A stretch of 64,000 nucleotides of DNA from Octopus vulgaris (GCA_951406725.2 OX597821.1:16864001-16928000), one strand, 5' to 3'; counted from the first letter of the stretch, positions 1 to 13,720 are shown. Program-made: numbers and translations. Notes: a model not told the origin generated them from the sequence alone.

Positions 1-202
1 CGGAACAGTACTGAGGGAATAGTTTTCCGTTACAGACAAGTAAATTGTGGAAGACGGGCTTTCAAGTCTACCAGACAGATGGAAGTGCATTGTAGAAAAT
101 GAAGGAGAGTATATTTTAAATCTAAAAAGAACTTTGTTTATCATAATTTTGAAAAAAATAAAAGTAAAAAACAACGCATTATTATGGGCTGCCAAACAAA
201 TA
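1..202 (+). mobile_element. Mariner-like transposon 3' fragment (transposase C-terminus and terminal region)
   Basis: ORF 47..283 begins ..[20 protein letters not shown], matching the mariner C-terminal pattern G(I)xxLPxRWxxxxxxxGxY. The element ends at TA before a (TA)n tract. Confidence 0.7.
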
Positions 203-211
203 TACATATAT

Positions 212-262
<51 letters not shown>

Positions 263-311
263 TACATGCATATATATATATAATGTGTGCATCTATATAC
301 ATGTACATATG

Positions 312-346
<35 letters not shown>

Positions 347-359
347 ATACACATACATA

Positions 360-1075
360 CAGAGGGACAAAATAAAGGAAACACCTTAAAATGTCAAGCA
401 AATATATTTTAATATGGAGTAGGACCGCGTTTAGCAACAATTACACCGTGAATTCTACGAGGTATGGACTCATACAAAGTTTGAATTGTTTCCAAAGAAA
501 TTTTTATCCATTCTTCAGCTAAAACAGTCTCCAGTTCTTGTAGTGACTATGGTGGAGGATATCGATTCCTTACTTGTTATTCTAAAATGCACCATAAATG
601 TTCAATAATATTGAGATCTAGGGACTGTGTTGGCCAGATAAAATCTTCAACTTCACTGGAATGTTTCTTGTGCCATTCAGTATCAACTTTAGCTGTGTGA
701 ATTGGTGCATTATCATCCTGAAAGATTGCGTTTCCCTTTGGAAGCAGTTCCGCAACCATAAGATGAATTTGATCAGATATAATACTTAAATAGTCTTGAC
801 TATTTATTCTGCCACGAAGGGAAATCATTGGGTCAGCGGATTTCCAAGATACAGTCCCACAAATCATCACAGATCCTCATCCATGGTAACAGTTAAAAGA
901 AGGCAATCCTGGTTCAAATGCTTCGTTTTGCTGTCTCCACACGTATACTCGGCCAGTGGTCGGAAATAAGGTAAAAGGATGACTCGTCCGAGAAAGTAAC
1001 ATTCTTCCACAACTCTAGGGACCAATTTTGCAGGTTCTTACACCACTCGAAACGCTTTACTACGTTTGTTTTTGA
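360..1075 (-). mobile_element. Tc1-like (DD34E) transposon relic
   Basis: ORF 914..1111 has W.NVTFSDES (first D). ORF 577..870 has FQDDNAPIH and WPTQSLDLNIIEHLW (second D and E). TIR-like end CAGAGGGACAAAATAAAGGAAACACC follows TA at 358-359. Confidence 0.85.
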
Positions 1076-1865
1076 AAGATGTGGAATATGGACCACGGCA
1101 CACAGATACACAGGTAGTGAGCGAAATACGCTCAGGCAAATATAAAAATGGACGAAGAGACAGGAAAGTCGGAGGGAAAGAGAACTTGAAATAATCTATT
1201 GTTTTGTGAAAATGCGACACTTTAACCTCTGACTAGCCACGCCTCCTTATCTAAAAGTGGAACTAATTTTATTGTCTACAACTAACATTCTTGCAATGAC
1301 CCTGTCAAGAAAATTATTCAGCTGCATTCTCCATCACCACCTATGCATATCATATTAAACTGATTATGTAATCGTTGAAGAGTAAGTTTTCGATTTGATA
1401 TTAGATAAAACGTTGTGGTTAATATGAAGCCGTCTGAAATTATTATATCTAAAAACTCAATTAATCATTAAAAGTAAATCGGTTGTAGACTGAAATTTCA
1501 GATAAATCATGGCACTTCATTTCATTTTGACCAAAGCTGTATATTAGTAATGCCGATACGTGAAAGATGATCTCAGATAGTCCTATCAGTCATGGTATAA
1601 CTGAGAGAATTTATTAAATATGGTTCTTTATAATTACAACCTTCATCACTGGTTTATGAGAAAATTATTGTAATGTAAACACTTGCTTTCGTACTCACGA
1701 TGTTTCTAAAATGATCAGGGAAACTGGTAAAATTCCTTTCGTCTAATCTTAGAATGATGTTCATGTCTAAAGAAGTTGTCCGATTCCCTTGACAACACTT
1801 TGACCTTTTGTATCCAAAGCACATTTTGACTCAATATTTAGACACTAATATCTAGAGCTCTTCAT

Positions 1866-2140
<275 letters not shown>

Positions 2141-2154
2141 ATACGTTCATATCC

Positions 2155-2585
2155 ATGACTGATGGTTCCAGATTCATTCATACTGCGAGTTACCTTCGGC
2201 AGATGTCCTCTTCAATAGCCTAGGAACGATAAAAGCCCTGTGAGTGGATACCGTTGACGTTGTATATAGGTATGTGTGTCTTTGTGTGTGTGTATGTTCG
2301 TGTGTGTTTGTGTGTGTACGTGTATTTGTATGTGCGCGCGCATGTGTGTCTCTGTGCGTGTGTCTGTGTCTGTGTGCGTGTGTGTGTTCGTTAGCATCTT
2401 TATGTTTGTTTCCCATCACCGCTTTACAACCGGTTGTGGTTTGTTTGCGTACACATAAATTAGAGTTTCGGTGAGCGTGAGCGACATAGTAATAACAGGC
2501 TTTAAAAATGTATGTAGTGGGGCCAGTTTGAACTAAAATAGTCCTACAGTGGGCACCGCCTTATGACTGAAAGTAGTAAAATACT
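2155..2585 (+). mobile_element. Degenerate SINE family A copy
   Basis: Diverged match to the 5' half (gccctgtgagtggat) and 3' half (acaaccggt..atgactgaaagtagtaaa) of the copies at 44142 and 57184. Confidence 0.6.
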
Positions 2586-2603
2586 ATAATATATATAAAT
2601 ATA

Positions 2604-3388
2604 CGTGGTATGATCCAGAACTATCTCGACTATAGTAACGAAGCTAAAGCACGCAGAATGAAACCACTGTGCATGCGCACTAATATTTAACGTTTTAGCT
2701 CACTTCCGCTGTTTACAGCAGTACTTGGAAGTAACGTGTGTGGCGTGTGATTGCCGCACTGAACATGACAGAGAAATTTGAGCAGAGAATCTGCATCAAA
2801 TTATACCAAATGCTTGGAGATGACTGCTTAGAGTCCTACATCAAGTTTTCAACAAGTTTTCATCGTTCTCGACACAACCAAGGAGAGTGATTTTTTGATT
2901 AACTGAAAGCAGTTTTGGCACAGACTTGGCAGACACTCATCTCATACCCAAATCGTCAGTGATAATGGACTGAACTGAACTGTAACTAATCTGCACACGA
3001 CGATGTTCCCTGCATGCACATCTGCGATGTTTTTCTCAGTTCTTCTAGTTGCGGGTCTTCCATTACGTTCGTAAAAACCGACATTTTTCGGCCACCTTGG
3101 AAACGTCTGAGCAACTCGTACACTTGTGTGTGGCTCATACACCCTTCTCCATAAATGTTCTTAAGTTTGCGTTTTCCTCTGAGAAGGTATCGCCATGACA
3201 ACTTTCTCTGTCATGATCAATGGGACGATCACACGCTACACACCTACATTCTAGGCACTGCTGTAAACAGCGAAAGTGAGCTAGAACGTTAAAAATTAGT
3301 GCGCATGCACAGCTGAGCCCAAGGTCAATTCATGCCAAACAGCTTCACTCTGTGTGCTGCAGTCCGGATGTTTATTGATCAAGCCTCG
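2604..3388 (-). mobile_element. Mariner-derived non-autonomous element built from two inverted 5' ends
   Basis: About 170-bp inverted arms with TA flanks. Each arm contains the start MTEK.. (ATG at 2765 on +, 3214 on -). The minus strand encodes HTH-like YGEGCMSHTQVYELLRRFQGGR and SVQSIITDDLGMR*VSAKSVPKLLS (WVPxxL-like). Confidence 0.8.
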
Positions 3389-3450
<62 letters not shown>

Positions 3451-4285
3451 AAGATATATAGCCGTACCTGGTAACTTAAGATTCACACTCTATCACTTGA
3501 ATGAATTCATTCATCTTCCGATAGTACATACTCTAAGTACACGAGATGCTGTTTGTAATACTGTGTGCGGTGATGAAACTCATATATCTTGAAATGGAAA
3601 AGCTAACAGCTAATTCATATGACGGAACCTCTGCACGTCTTTATGAAGTAGACTGTAATCATTAAGATAAAAATAATTGACCCATCTTGATCGGAGTAAA
3701 TCATGTGTGGATTGAAATTTCTGATTATTTATGTCTCTTTATGTTGTCCAGACCATACCGATATTAAACATCAAAGCTGGCATGATATAAATTTATTATT
3801 CAAAGTGACGTCTTTTAAATTTAATTAAGCTGTCTGCTTCTTACTACGCGGTGAATTGGTTTAATTTGAATCTATTACTTATGGAAGTGTAACAGTATAG
3901 AATTAAGAAATTAACAAATTTCAATGGAGCAGTAATTATACTTGATTGAATTGATATAATAAGAGTCGAGGAAAGCGACAGCATGATTGGCAGATATGGT
4001 GAAAGATAACTAAGCTACCTGGTTAGATAGCAAAGAAAAACAAATGGGAGCAAACGATAAAGTACAGGGAGTGACACGAAAGGAAAGGGTCGGAAGAGAG
4101 TTCCAAATAATGATGGATGATATGAATAAAGAGATATTTAAAGAGAATGTAGGTTTATATATAGATACAGTTGTATAATGAAAGAAAGAGGTCGTTAAGG
4201 ACAGTCGGATAGAGAAAGAGAAACACTAATTTTCAAAATGAGAGGGAGAATAAAAGAAATGAAAGCTAAAGATAAAACATGATAT

Positions 4286-4474
4286 GGAAGCACTCCGTCG
4301 GTTACGACGATGAGAGTTCCGGTTGATCCGAATCAACGGAACAGCCTGCTCGTGAAATTAACGTGTAAGTGGCTGAGCACTCCACTGACACGTGTACCCT
4401 GAACGTAATTCTCGGGGATATTCAGCGTGACACAGAGAGTGACAAGGCCGGCCCTTTGAAATACAGGTACAACA
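4286..4474 (-). mobile_element. SINE family C 3' part
   Basis: gcactccgtcggttacgacga..gatccgaatcaacggaacagcctgctcgtgaaattaac recurs inverted at 7925-8012 and again at 62979-63044. Confidence 0.65.
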
Positions 4475-5245
4475 GATTTGCATCATTGTCTCGGACCCAA
4501 CAACTCGAGAAATACGCCTTCAAGACGTCAAAAAACACTATTACAACGCCAATATCCCTCCACACTCATATACTATGGAATAAAACGTGCCAAGGAACTC
4601 AACAATAACACACTGAAAACCACCCAACACAGTAACTTACCGAACCTCAAAATACCTCCATACATTTCCACCCACAACCCCCAAAATATCGGAGCATACA
4701 CCACAATCATACAAAACCTCCCCTTACTATCCATGGACCCAAAAAATGAATAATATTATCAATACACATAAAATCCTTAAATGCAAAAGGCAACATAAAT
4801 CATTGAAAAAACTCTTAACAAATGCCAAACTTCACACTACACATCCAGCCCATCAGTTAAAAAATGTGTACGCCCTAACTGTGGTGTCTGCCCCTTGAAG
4901 GCTCTGAATTTACTTTCAAACAAGGAACAAAGTTTAAAATCAAGACCAATTTCGCTTGTTCCTCCGAGAACCTCATTTACGTCCTTACATGCGCATGTTG
5001 CCAACGCAATTATATTGGACAGACGAGCCTTCCTTTACGCAGAAGAGTAGTAGTCCATAAAGAACAGATAAATCTCCCACAATACTGTCAAATTCCACTC
5101 AGTAGCTACATAGAATCTTGTGCTAGAAATAAAAATCCCAAATTCCGTGTATTCCCTTTCTATCAATGGGAAGACAAAATCTCTACACAAGAAAGAATCA
5201 ACTAGGAGAATCATTTTATTGAAAAATTCCAAACGCTTCTTAATA
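4475..5245 (+). pseudogene. Penelope-like element relic: RT thumb/linker and GIY-YIG endonuclease
   Basis: Frameshifted translation gives LLQRQYPSTLI..GIKRA, KKCVRPNCGVCP and NLIYVLTCACCQRNYIGQTSLPLRRRVVVH (GIY-YIG). Confidence 0.85.
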
Positions 5246-5787
5246 TACAAACTCCACGGTGACTGTATTCCTTTTTCTAGCATCTTGTTTGACAAAAAAT
5301 AGATATAAGCAAAATTCCAGCATTCCAAATAAAGAGTAAAAAATCCACAGAATTTTCTCCCCTAATTCACAGGAACTGGATAACTCCGACCTCATTTCTT
5401 GTTTTGACACATAAACATCCATCCTTCTCAAACAAAACACTACACTAAAACACATGCACCCTAATCCTCCAAAGATGTTATCTATGGAATAATATTGAAA
5501 TTTAAAAGCATAAAGATACTAGAATGTATTGGTATACTTACTTATTAATTTTCGTGTATATTTATTATCTTTTTGAAAAAACATTGTAAATGTTTTTCCT
5601 TTTCCTCATTTAAAAAAATGTTTTCCCCTTTCAAATCTTGAAATTTGCCTTGCCATGAAAGCCGGTTTCCCGGTCGATTTCCATTTTAAAATTTTTATTA
5701 CACCCATTTATATTAAAATTTACCTTCAATTTAGCATTCAACCGTATCATTATCATTTTTCCTATATATATACACATATATATATAT

Positions 5788-5832
<45 letters not shown>

Positions 5833-5875
5833 TATATATATAAATATATATATACATATTTATATATACACACAC

Positions 5876-5930
<55 letters not shown>

Positions 5931-5948
5931 AGAATATATATGTATATT

Positions 5949-6004
<56 letters not shown>

Positions 6005-6310
6005 CATGCATATTGGCCAGACCACGGCAGAATTAGGCTAAGTATTATCAAAAATTAGTGCATGAAAATTGGAGATTATGAGCTATTAACAATTATATGG
6101 ATATTATTGACCTTCTTTAGTACTGCGAAAAGACAGTGGCTGCTTATTTACATTAATATTTTCAGTTAGAGAACTGCATGTCGTAGAATTATCGGGTAGT
6201 TTGATAAAAGTGGCAGCTTTAGAAAATCCATAGATTCTAACAATTGTTTCTTAATGAAATACCGTTTCACGGTATGTGCTCGTGGTCATATGATTGTAAT
6301 AAAAATAATG

Positions 6311-6355
<45 letters not shown>

Positions 6356-6381
6356 TTAATAATAATAATAATAATAATAAT

Positions 6382-6429
<48 letters not shown>

Positions 6430-6433
<4 letters not shown>

Positions 6434-6820
6434 GAAAAAAATGCTTTCTAATTGATGTATCAATACCGGCTGATGACAACGTGTCTCTAAAAGAAATGGA
6501 GAAACTCTCAAAATACAAAGACCTGGAAATAGAGGTAACTAGAATGTGGAATCTGAAAACAGAAACAATTCCTATCATAGTAGGTGCATTAGGCATGATA
6601 AAAAAATATTCAGACAAATACATAACAAAAACACCAGGACTTGCAAACACATATAACATACAGAAAATTGCACTACTAGGCACTGCACACATCCTACGCA
6701 GAACACTTTCCATACAATAACCATCAGAGCATCACAACAAATCACAGCACATACCCAAGGCACACAGAGCTGTGCTCGGTAGTGAAGTGAAAGCACGCTA
6801 TAAAAATAAAACTACCGAAT
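6430..6820 (+). mobile_element. Heavily 5'-truncated R4/Dong-like LINE in (AAT)n
   Basis: Near-identical to 15305-15697 (CFLIDVSIP..K..KYKDL..PIIVGALG plus 3' UTR). (AAT)n lies upstream and (GAA)n downstream. Confidence 0.9.
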
Positions 6821-7379
6821 AATGATAATAAGAAGAAGAAGAAGAAGAAGAAGAAGAAAAAGAAGAAGACGAAGAAGAAGAAGAAGAAGAAGAAGAAGAA
6901 AAAGAAGAAGACGAAGAAGAAGAAGAAGAAGAAGAAGAAGAAGAAGAAGAAGAAGAAGAAGAAGAAGATATACGGGGGCGATACAATGACAAATACAAAG
7001 TAAGGGTTTACAATGAAATGATAGAAAAAAGGTAATTATGCTCAGTATACGTTGGAAAGGAAGGGACATATATTTATAGCATAGAAAGGTAAAAATATAG
7101 GGTGGGGAGAATGATAGAGATGTAGCCCTTCTGAAACAGGATGACTTCTAGGAATAATCGAGGAACCTCAGTCTGAGATTTTCCTGAATATCAACAGCAA
7201 GTGCCCTCACCAATTCTTTCTCTCCGACACACTCTCACAGGTCTACACTTAGAGGCGTAACATTCACCCTTGGCTTGTTTGCAACATTCACTCTCCTTTC
7301 AATAAACTCGCTCGAGGACAGCACTTCATTCTCCACTCTCAATTTCTTTCTCGGATGTAATAGGCTTCCAGCGAAAAGC

Positions 7380-7920
7380 TGAAGACATTAAAGCAAATAA
7401 AAAGAAAGAACCAAACCAGAGGAAGAGAATACGAATGAAACATGAAAATAGACGGGCAGAACTGGGGCAATTGAATAGGATAATGAGAAGGAAGCTCAAG
7501 AATAAAGCAGTTACCAGAAAATTGAATGGATAGAACAGGTTAGAAGAAAAGGAAAATAAAGAGTACATGAAGAATTGACAGAAAAGGAGACAGCATTTAA
7601 GGCCAAACTGAAAAGAGATGGTGCTAGATGCATAAGTTTTTTATAGAATAGACTGTTTCAATCAAATAGAAGGTGTATATTTGAAGAAACAGAGGGAGAG
7701 ATAAACGTCAGGAACTGATTCCAGATGCAAAAGAAAGTAAATGATTTTGTGGAGGGTTGTGGAACAGGCCGGCGAGACATAAAGAAAGCACAGAGTGTCT
7801 AACAAAGGTGGAAAGACAATGTACAAAAGAACCAAGACAAAAGGGCGTCACAATTAATCTGTATACAGCGAGATAGAAGTTTAAAAGAATATCAAATTGA
7901 ACAGGACTAGATGCGGATGA
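7380..7920 (+). mobile_element. Degenerate R4/Dong-like LINE fragment (region upstream of RT)
   Basis: Stop-riddled frame with IPDAKESK*FCGGLWN..HKESTECL..VTI, resembling the pre-RT region of R4-clade ORFs. Confidence 0.45.
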
Positions 7921-7924
7921 AGTA

Positions 7925-8012
7925 CAAGTCACTTCCATGTTAATCTCACGAGCAGGCTGTTCCGTTGATCGGATCAACTGGAACCCTCGTCGTCGTAACC
8001 GACGGAGTGCCA
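7925..8012 (+). mobile_element. SINE family C 3' fragment
   Basis: Reverse complement of 4286-4370. Confidence 0.65.
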
Positions 8013-8034
8013 CGGCAACTGTTGATGTTGTTGT

Positions 8035-8236
8035 CGAACTAGCAGAATTGTTAGCATGCCGGGCATAATGCTGAGAGGAATTTCGTCCGTTTTAATGTTC
8101 TGATCTAAAATTCCTCTGAGGTTAACTTTAACCTCTTTCCTTTGGTCGTCGATAAAATAACTACCAGTTAATCGACCCCGCTTTCCCTAAAAACTGCTGT
8201 CCATGTGCTATAAATCGGAAAGATGATTATTATTAA
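8035..8236 (+). mobile_element. Degenerate SINE family B (Meta/MESC-like core)
   Basis: Diverged match to 15728-15955. Confidence 0.6.
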
Positions 8237-8628
8237 CTAGCAGCATCGCCCGGCGTTGCTCGGGTTTGTAAGGGAAATAACTATATAAGCATTTTTAGAG
8301 ATGTAAAGTATAATAGCCATCTCAATATGGCTAACCACAAAGGGGGGTGTTACTGTAGCTTTTTACGTTCTGAGATTTAATAATACACTTTTAGAGAGTT
8401 ACTTCCCTTATATGATAGCAAAAAAATGCATTAAAATGGAAAAAAATTATGGTAATTTTTTTTAAATCGTAGACTCATCGTAGACGCGCGCTAATACCCA
8501 GAAGGGCTCGATATGAATCACGACTATAAGATACCCGCTTTTGGTTACACTGCACTGCAAAATGTGGGAGTAGTTAGGAATCTAAATCGTAGGAGACAGA
8601 CACACAACTTCACTTTTATATAAAAAGA
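8237..8628 (-). mobile_element. Non-autonomous Helitron
   Basis: The minus strand starts TC and ends with the hairpin CCCGagcaacgcCGGG followed by CTAG. It sits between A and T with no TSD. Confidence 0.85.
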
Positions 8629-9274
8629 TATTGCTGTTGATTTTGTAGCAGTTCTTATTTTAATTTTTTGGTTTTCCGTCATATGTTATTGGTATTTTCT
8701 GATTCACAGTCTTTGGTTTGTGGCCCGATAAAAAAACACTTGAGTTCTGCACCATTAACCATTGCTGATGCTTTTCTCATCCAGTTCCATTTTTTAAATC
8801 TTGTCAGCTATTGACCATGTAGTGGCTTTTCTTGTCAACGGCTTAACATAAGATTTTATAATCCGATTTTCAGTCTAGTTTTCTGCTTTACAGTTTTTGC
8901 TGTTGTTTATCAACTCTCCTAACAGCTGTCTATTATCTCATCCTTTGTTTTATATTTCTGGCATCTTTGAAGACGAAAAAAACAGGTTTCTTTGGAAAAA
9001 AAATGTTAATGATTTGTGGTTATTTCTGTTTGTTCACCTCTGCTCTTTAATAAGTATTTCGTAGTTTCACAACAGTTTATAATGCATGTATTTCTGTATA
9101 TCTGGCAAACACAAACTAACTCTATCGGCTTTTGGGCTATGTATTCTAATTGCGGTTATTAATTTTCCTTTTCTGCTTTGTCTTACTCATTTGCTTACGT
9201 TCCATTTGAGAATAGAAAATGACTAGGTATCTCTCTATTATCTACTGTATTGATACATATTTTAGTTTGCGATT

Positions 9275-9290
9275 TAATTATTATAATCAT

Positions 9291-9323
<33 letters not shown>

Positions 9324-9429
9324 TGACGTTGTCCTCGTCGTCATCCTCATCATCATCGACGACGTCGTCATCATCATCATCACCATCATCTTCACCAGCA
9401 TCTCCATTATTATTATTATTATTATTATT

Positions 9430-9468
<39 letters not shown>

Positions 9469-9484
9469 ATTGTTGTTGTTATTG

Positions 9485-9530
<46 letters not shown>

Positions 9531-9574
9531 CATTATTATTATTGTTAATATTATTGCTGTTATCATCATCATCA

Positions 9575-9663
<89 letters not shown>
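9275..9663. repeat. Compound trinucleotide microsatellite (ATC/ATT/GTT)n
   Basis: Seen directly. Confidence 0.95.
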
Positions 9664-9665
<2 letters not shown>

Positions 9666-9900
9666 GGTTTGGTTCAGGGACGGTCTTATTCCTGGTAGGA
9701 TTTATGTGGGTAGCGGGTTACTACCTGTAACCCTAGGTATCCACAAGTTTTCAACTGTCTTTCAAGTGGTTAGAACCTTCCTGATAATCCTTGCTGTTCC
9801 TGTAGATGCCCTGCCGGGCGTTCTATTCCAATCTCCTTCAGCAATTGGTCTATATCTTTGCTTACTTTTCCCAGTGCACCAATTACTACAGACACGGCCC
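9664..9900 (-). mobile_element. R4/Dong-like LINE 3' end (second subfamily)
   Basis: Minus translation VSVVIGALGKVSKDIDQLLKEIGIE..GTARIIRKVL, then a short UTR running into (AAT)n. Confidence 0.65.
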
Positions 9901-10274
9901 CTACTGATCTCACGCTCTAATTATTCCTATTTCAAATTTTAAGGGATCCTGGAATCAAGCGGGCATGATGGGCCGATAAATAAGCAACTTCGCTTCTCCT
10001 TATCTATAATTGTTATGTACGGTCTATTATTTCCTAACTTTTCGTCGGTTTGAATAGGAAAGTTCTACAAAATTTCACAGTACTCCAACTCCAGTACTCT
10101 TTCGACTTGATGATTGCACTATGTGTTTGCAGCTTCAAGTCCCTATTTCTGGCACGTAGTTCTCGGGGGTAATCCAGTGTGACACAGAGTGTGGCCCTTG
10201 GAATACACGTACAGAGAGAAACAGGAAGAAAGTGTGAGAGAAACTTGTGATGAAAGACTACAGTAGAGTTTGAC

Positions 10275-12395
10275 GGCAACTGTGCAGATGAGTAGCAAAG
10301 ATGTTGGTATGGAATTTGGGATTCAGAAATGTGGTGTAACGATTCTGAAAAGGGGGAAAATCAGTAAAAGCCATGGAATCAAGCTGGAAAGTGACGAAAC
10401 TATAAAGGAGGTCGGAGAGGAAGGATATAAGTACCTGGGTATAATTGAAAGAGATAAGATGAATGAACAAAAGATGAAAGAAATGTACAGGAAAGAGTAT
10501 TTGAGGAAAATTCGGCTTGTGCTCCAATTGAAACTATATCGCCGCTATAAGATTAGAGCAATTAACACGAGAGCGGCTGCTTTGATGAGATATGTGGCAG
10601 GAATAGTATCTTGGAAGTAGCATGAATTACAAGAGATAGACCGTAGAACACGTAACGTAATGACAATGAACAAGGAAAACACCTCATGAGTAGAATAGTC
10701 TGGTTTGATATGACAAGGGGAGTAAAGAAGAAATGATTGAGGGTGTGGAAATGCAGGAAACCTTAATAGTGAACGAAGCCGTTGATCCAACACAATTTAA
10801 GAAAGACCAGAGCGAGAGCAGAGGAAGAAAATTTGGCAGGACAAGAAAATAAATCTGGTACCTATTTAATCATCGATGGATGGATGTAAATCAAAGTCAA
10901 CAACAACAACGGCTTGACAGAGAACTGAGCCTAAGTAAAAGTTAACAATGGCTCTAAAGCCTGGATCAAAACCAGAAATGGAAAAACTGACTCTCGCTGC
11001 ACAAGCCCCAATGGCTAACCGCAAACAACTATGAATGCAAAATAATGAAAACAGGACCCAGCATCAAATGTAGAATGTGCGAACCAGCACAATGAGCAAA
11101 TAGGTAATAGCATCTTTGGCTGCACAGTCCTTTCCAGATCCAAATATATATACAGACATGACCGAGTATATGGTTATAGCCACTGGACTATATGCCAACA
11201 CAACAGCATAAAAGCTAACAAGAAATAGTCTAAACATGTTCGAAAGAAAGAACATGAGAACGACCAAGCTCTTATATCTGGGATATGCCTGTTCAAACGG
11301 ACAAACAAATAAAAGCTACTCGCACAGACGTAACAATCAAGGACTGGAAAAAGTACTTGCTTATTGATAGACACTACGGTCCCTTATGACCAAAATATTG
11401 TCCGAAAAGAACTGGAGAAATTGTCAAAGTACAAAGACCTCAGAACTGAAGTATTCAAGATGTGGAGCACGAAGGACAAAATAATGTCATTAATAATTAG
11501 AGCATTGGGTATGTAGAAAAACATTGAAGCCATACCTGGACCTTCAACATTATACAATATCCAACAAACAGCGCTACTAGGAAGGGTATTATCAGCATAC
11601 CGAGGTTACTACCCCAAAGAAGACGCAGATAGAATATATTTATCCCGAACAGAAGGAGGCCGTGGCCTGATATAGATAGAGAACTATTATAAAATAACGA
11701 CAGTTGGACTAGAAAAGTACGTAAAACAAAAAGAAAATAGAAGACTTCTACATGTAATAAAACAGCATGAGATATAGAAAACGCTATTTCTATACACATG
11801 GAGGCGACAAAATACAATACAAAAAATAAACTATGATACACTGACCTCAGATGACAACATAACAGAAATAGTGAAAGAGACAAAAATCATGAAAACGGAA
11901 CTACAAAACTTACTAAACAAGGAATGAAGAGAAAAATCGCTGCAAAGCTTGACAGAGAAGTGAGCCTAAGAAAAAGTGGAAAAATTGTCAAAGTACAAAG
12001 ACCTCGAAACTAAGGTGTTCAAGATGTGGACCATGAAGGGGGCAAACATTACCATTAATAATTGGTGCACCGGGCATGATTAAAAAAAAACATATGAACA
12101 ACAACTGAAAAGCAATAATTGGATCCTCGACACTAGCCACTATCCAAAAAATAGCCCTACTAGGAACAGCCCACATTCTAAGCACGACACTATCAATTCA
12201 ATAATACAACTGAAAACAATTTGCAAACATATGGCACACGCTACATAGCGGATATCCAATAAAATATACTACCACCAGCAGTTCTTTACGCAACGCATTA
12301 CACACACAACACAGTAATTCATCAAAAGACCACACCTCTGCAACAAGAAGGTGCAACAGGTAATGCGGTAGAAATCGCCTGAAACTATCAAATGT

Positions 12396-12400
<5 letters not shown>
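10275..12400 (+). mobile_element. Degenerate R4/Dong-like LINE fragments (at least two pieces)
   Basis: DVGMEFGIQKC..YKYLGI..KIRAINT (RT thumb), LAAQ, CRMC, LIWDMPVQTDKQIKATR, EKLSKYKDL and PLIIGAPG..IQKIALLGTAHIL, ending in (AAT)n. Confidence 0.75.
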
Positions 12401-12455
<55 letters not shown>

Positions 12456-12456
12456 T

Positions 12457-12836
12457 GATTGAGGTAACTCCTCCAGAAGATATAGAAGCAAAAAAAGAAG
12501 AGTGCTATTGTCATCAAGTGAAAGATATTTCAACATCTCGTGTGTCTTCCACAAGTTCAGAAAATAAACGTGTCAGTGTATTTCATTTTGGTTAATATTT
12601 ATAGGACTGAAGTAACTCCCCCAGAAAATATAGAAGCAAAGAAAAGATGGCAATGACAATGGCATTCATCTTTGCTTTTTTTGCTTCAATATCTTCCAGA
12701 GGAGTTACCTCAATCCTATAAATCTTAACCAAAATGAAGTAGATTGACACGTTTATTTTTTTAACCTGTGGAAGATACACGAGATGTCAAAATATCGCTT
12801 ACTTGATGACAATGGCACTCTTCTCTTTTTTTGCTA
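12457..12836. repeat. Fold-back of a 148-bp repeat unit (about 1.3 units forward and 1.3 inverted)
   Basis: gattgaggtaactcctccagaagatatagaagc at 12457 recurs at 12605. 12653-12836 is the diverged reverse complement. Confidence 0.8.
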
Positions 12837-13358
12837 ATGATAATAATAATGAGAATAATGATGATGATGAGGAGTAGGAGGAGTAGGAGTAAGAGGAGGA
12901 AGAGGAGAAGGAGGTTTAAAGATATGTAGTGAGGTTGATATGCTAAATTGAGCTATGAAGTTAGTGGTTCAGTATGGTTGTAAATCTAATAACCACTAAG
13001 CTACAAAATAAATGAAAGAATTAATGTTTATCGCTACTTCAACATGGCTATTCCTTAGGAAACGATGTTACTACCATTTTTAACCCCAGGAGGACGTCTT
13101 CACCAGTTTGTTATTCGATTCATTCTGCACCCGATATATATATTACAATTCGGGAAGTGAAACCCCTACCATCTTCCAGATATGAGACCACCAGACAGTG
13201 CGGTTTCGAACTCTTATCAGTATAGTTACTGCTATCATTCATCTCTTATTGAGATTTTCCAACTAGCTAATTTTCTAGTTACAAGATCGGTGACTCAGCG
13301 TCACTTATTTTCTTAAGGCGCAGGAGTAAACTGCTGCTATCTCTGCGCAAACGAGTAT

Positions 13359-13407
13359 CCACCACCGAGAATGAGCATAAAGAGCTCGAAAGCCTACGGT
13401 CTGTCGG
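13359..13407 (+). ncRNA. Degenerate type I hammerhead ribozyme-like motif
   Basis: CCACCA-CCGAGAAT-GAGC/GCTC-GAAA-GCCTACGG-TC-TGTCGG. The inverted partial copy at 13157-13215 preserves GAAACCG..GTC-TGGTGG, the perfect stem I partner. Confidence 0.5.
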
Positions 13408-13642
13408 TCTCGTGGCTGGAAGATGGTCGGGATTCACGACAATAATTACAATAATTACATTAAAGCACGTGCATCAGTGATTGCTGATTATGAACGTTGC
13501 TTAAGAAAACACTGCATTTTTCATTGCCACCTTATTTATTACCCAATACTCCTACCAATAACAATGACCCCAGTTTAACAGCTGCTACTGTACTCAATCA
13601 TAAGTGTATGCGACTTCGTGTGATTATAAGTCCGTAATAATG

Positions 13643-13695
<53 letters not shown>

Positions 13696-13720
13696 TATTA
13701 TTATTATTATTATTATTATT

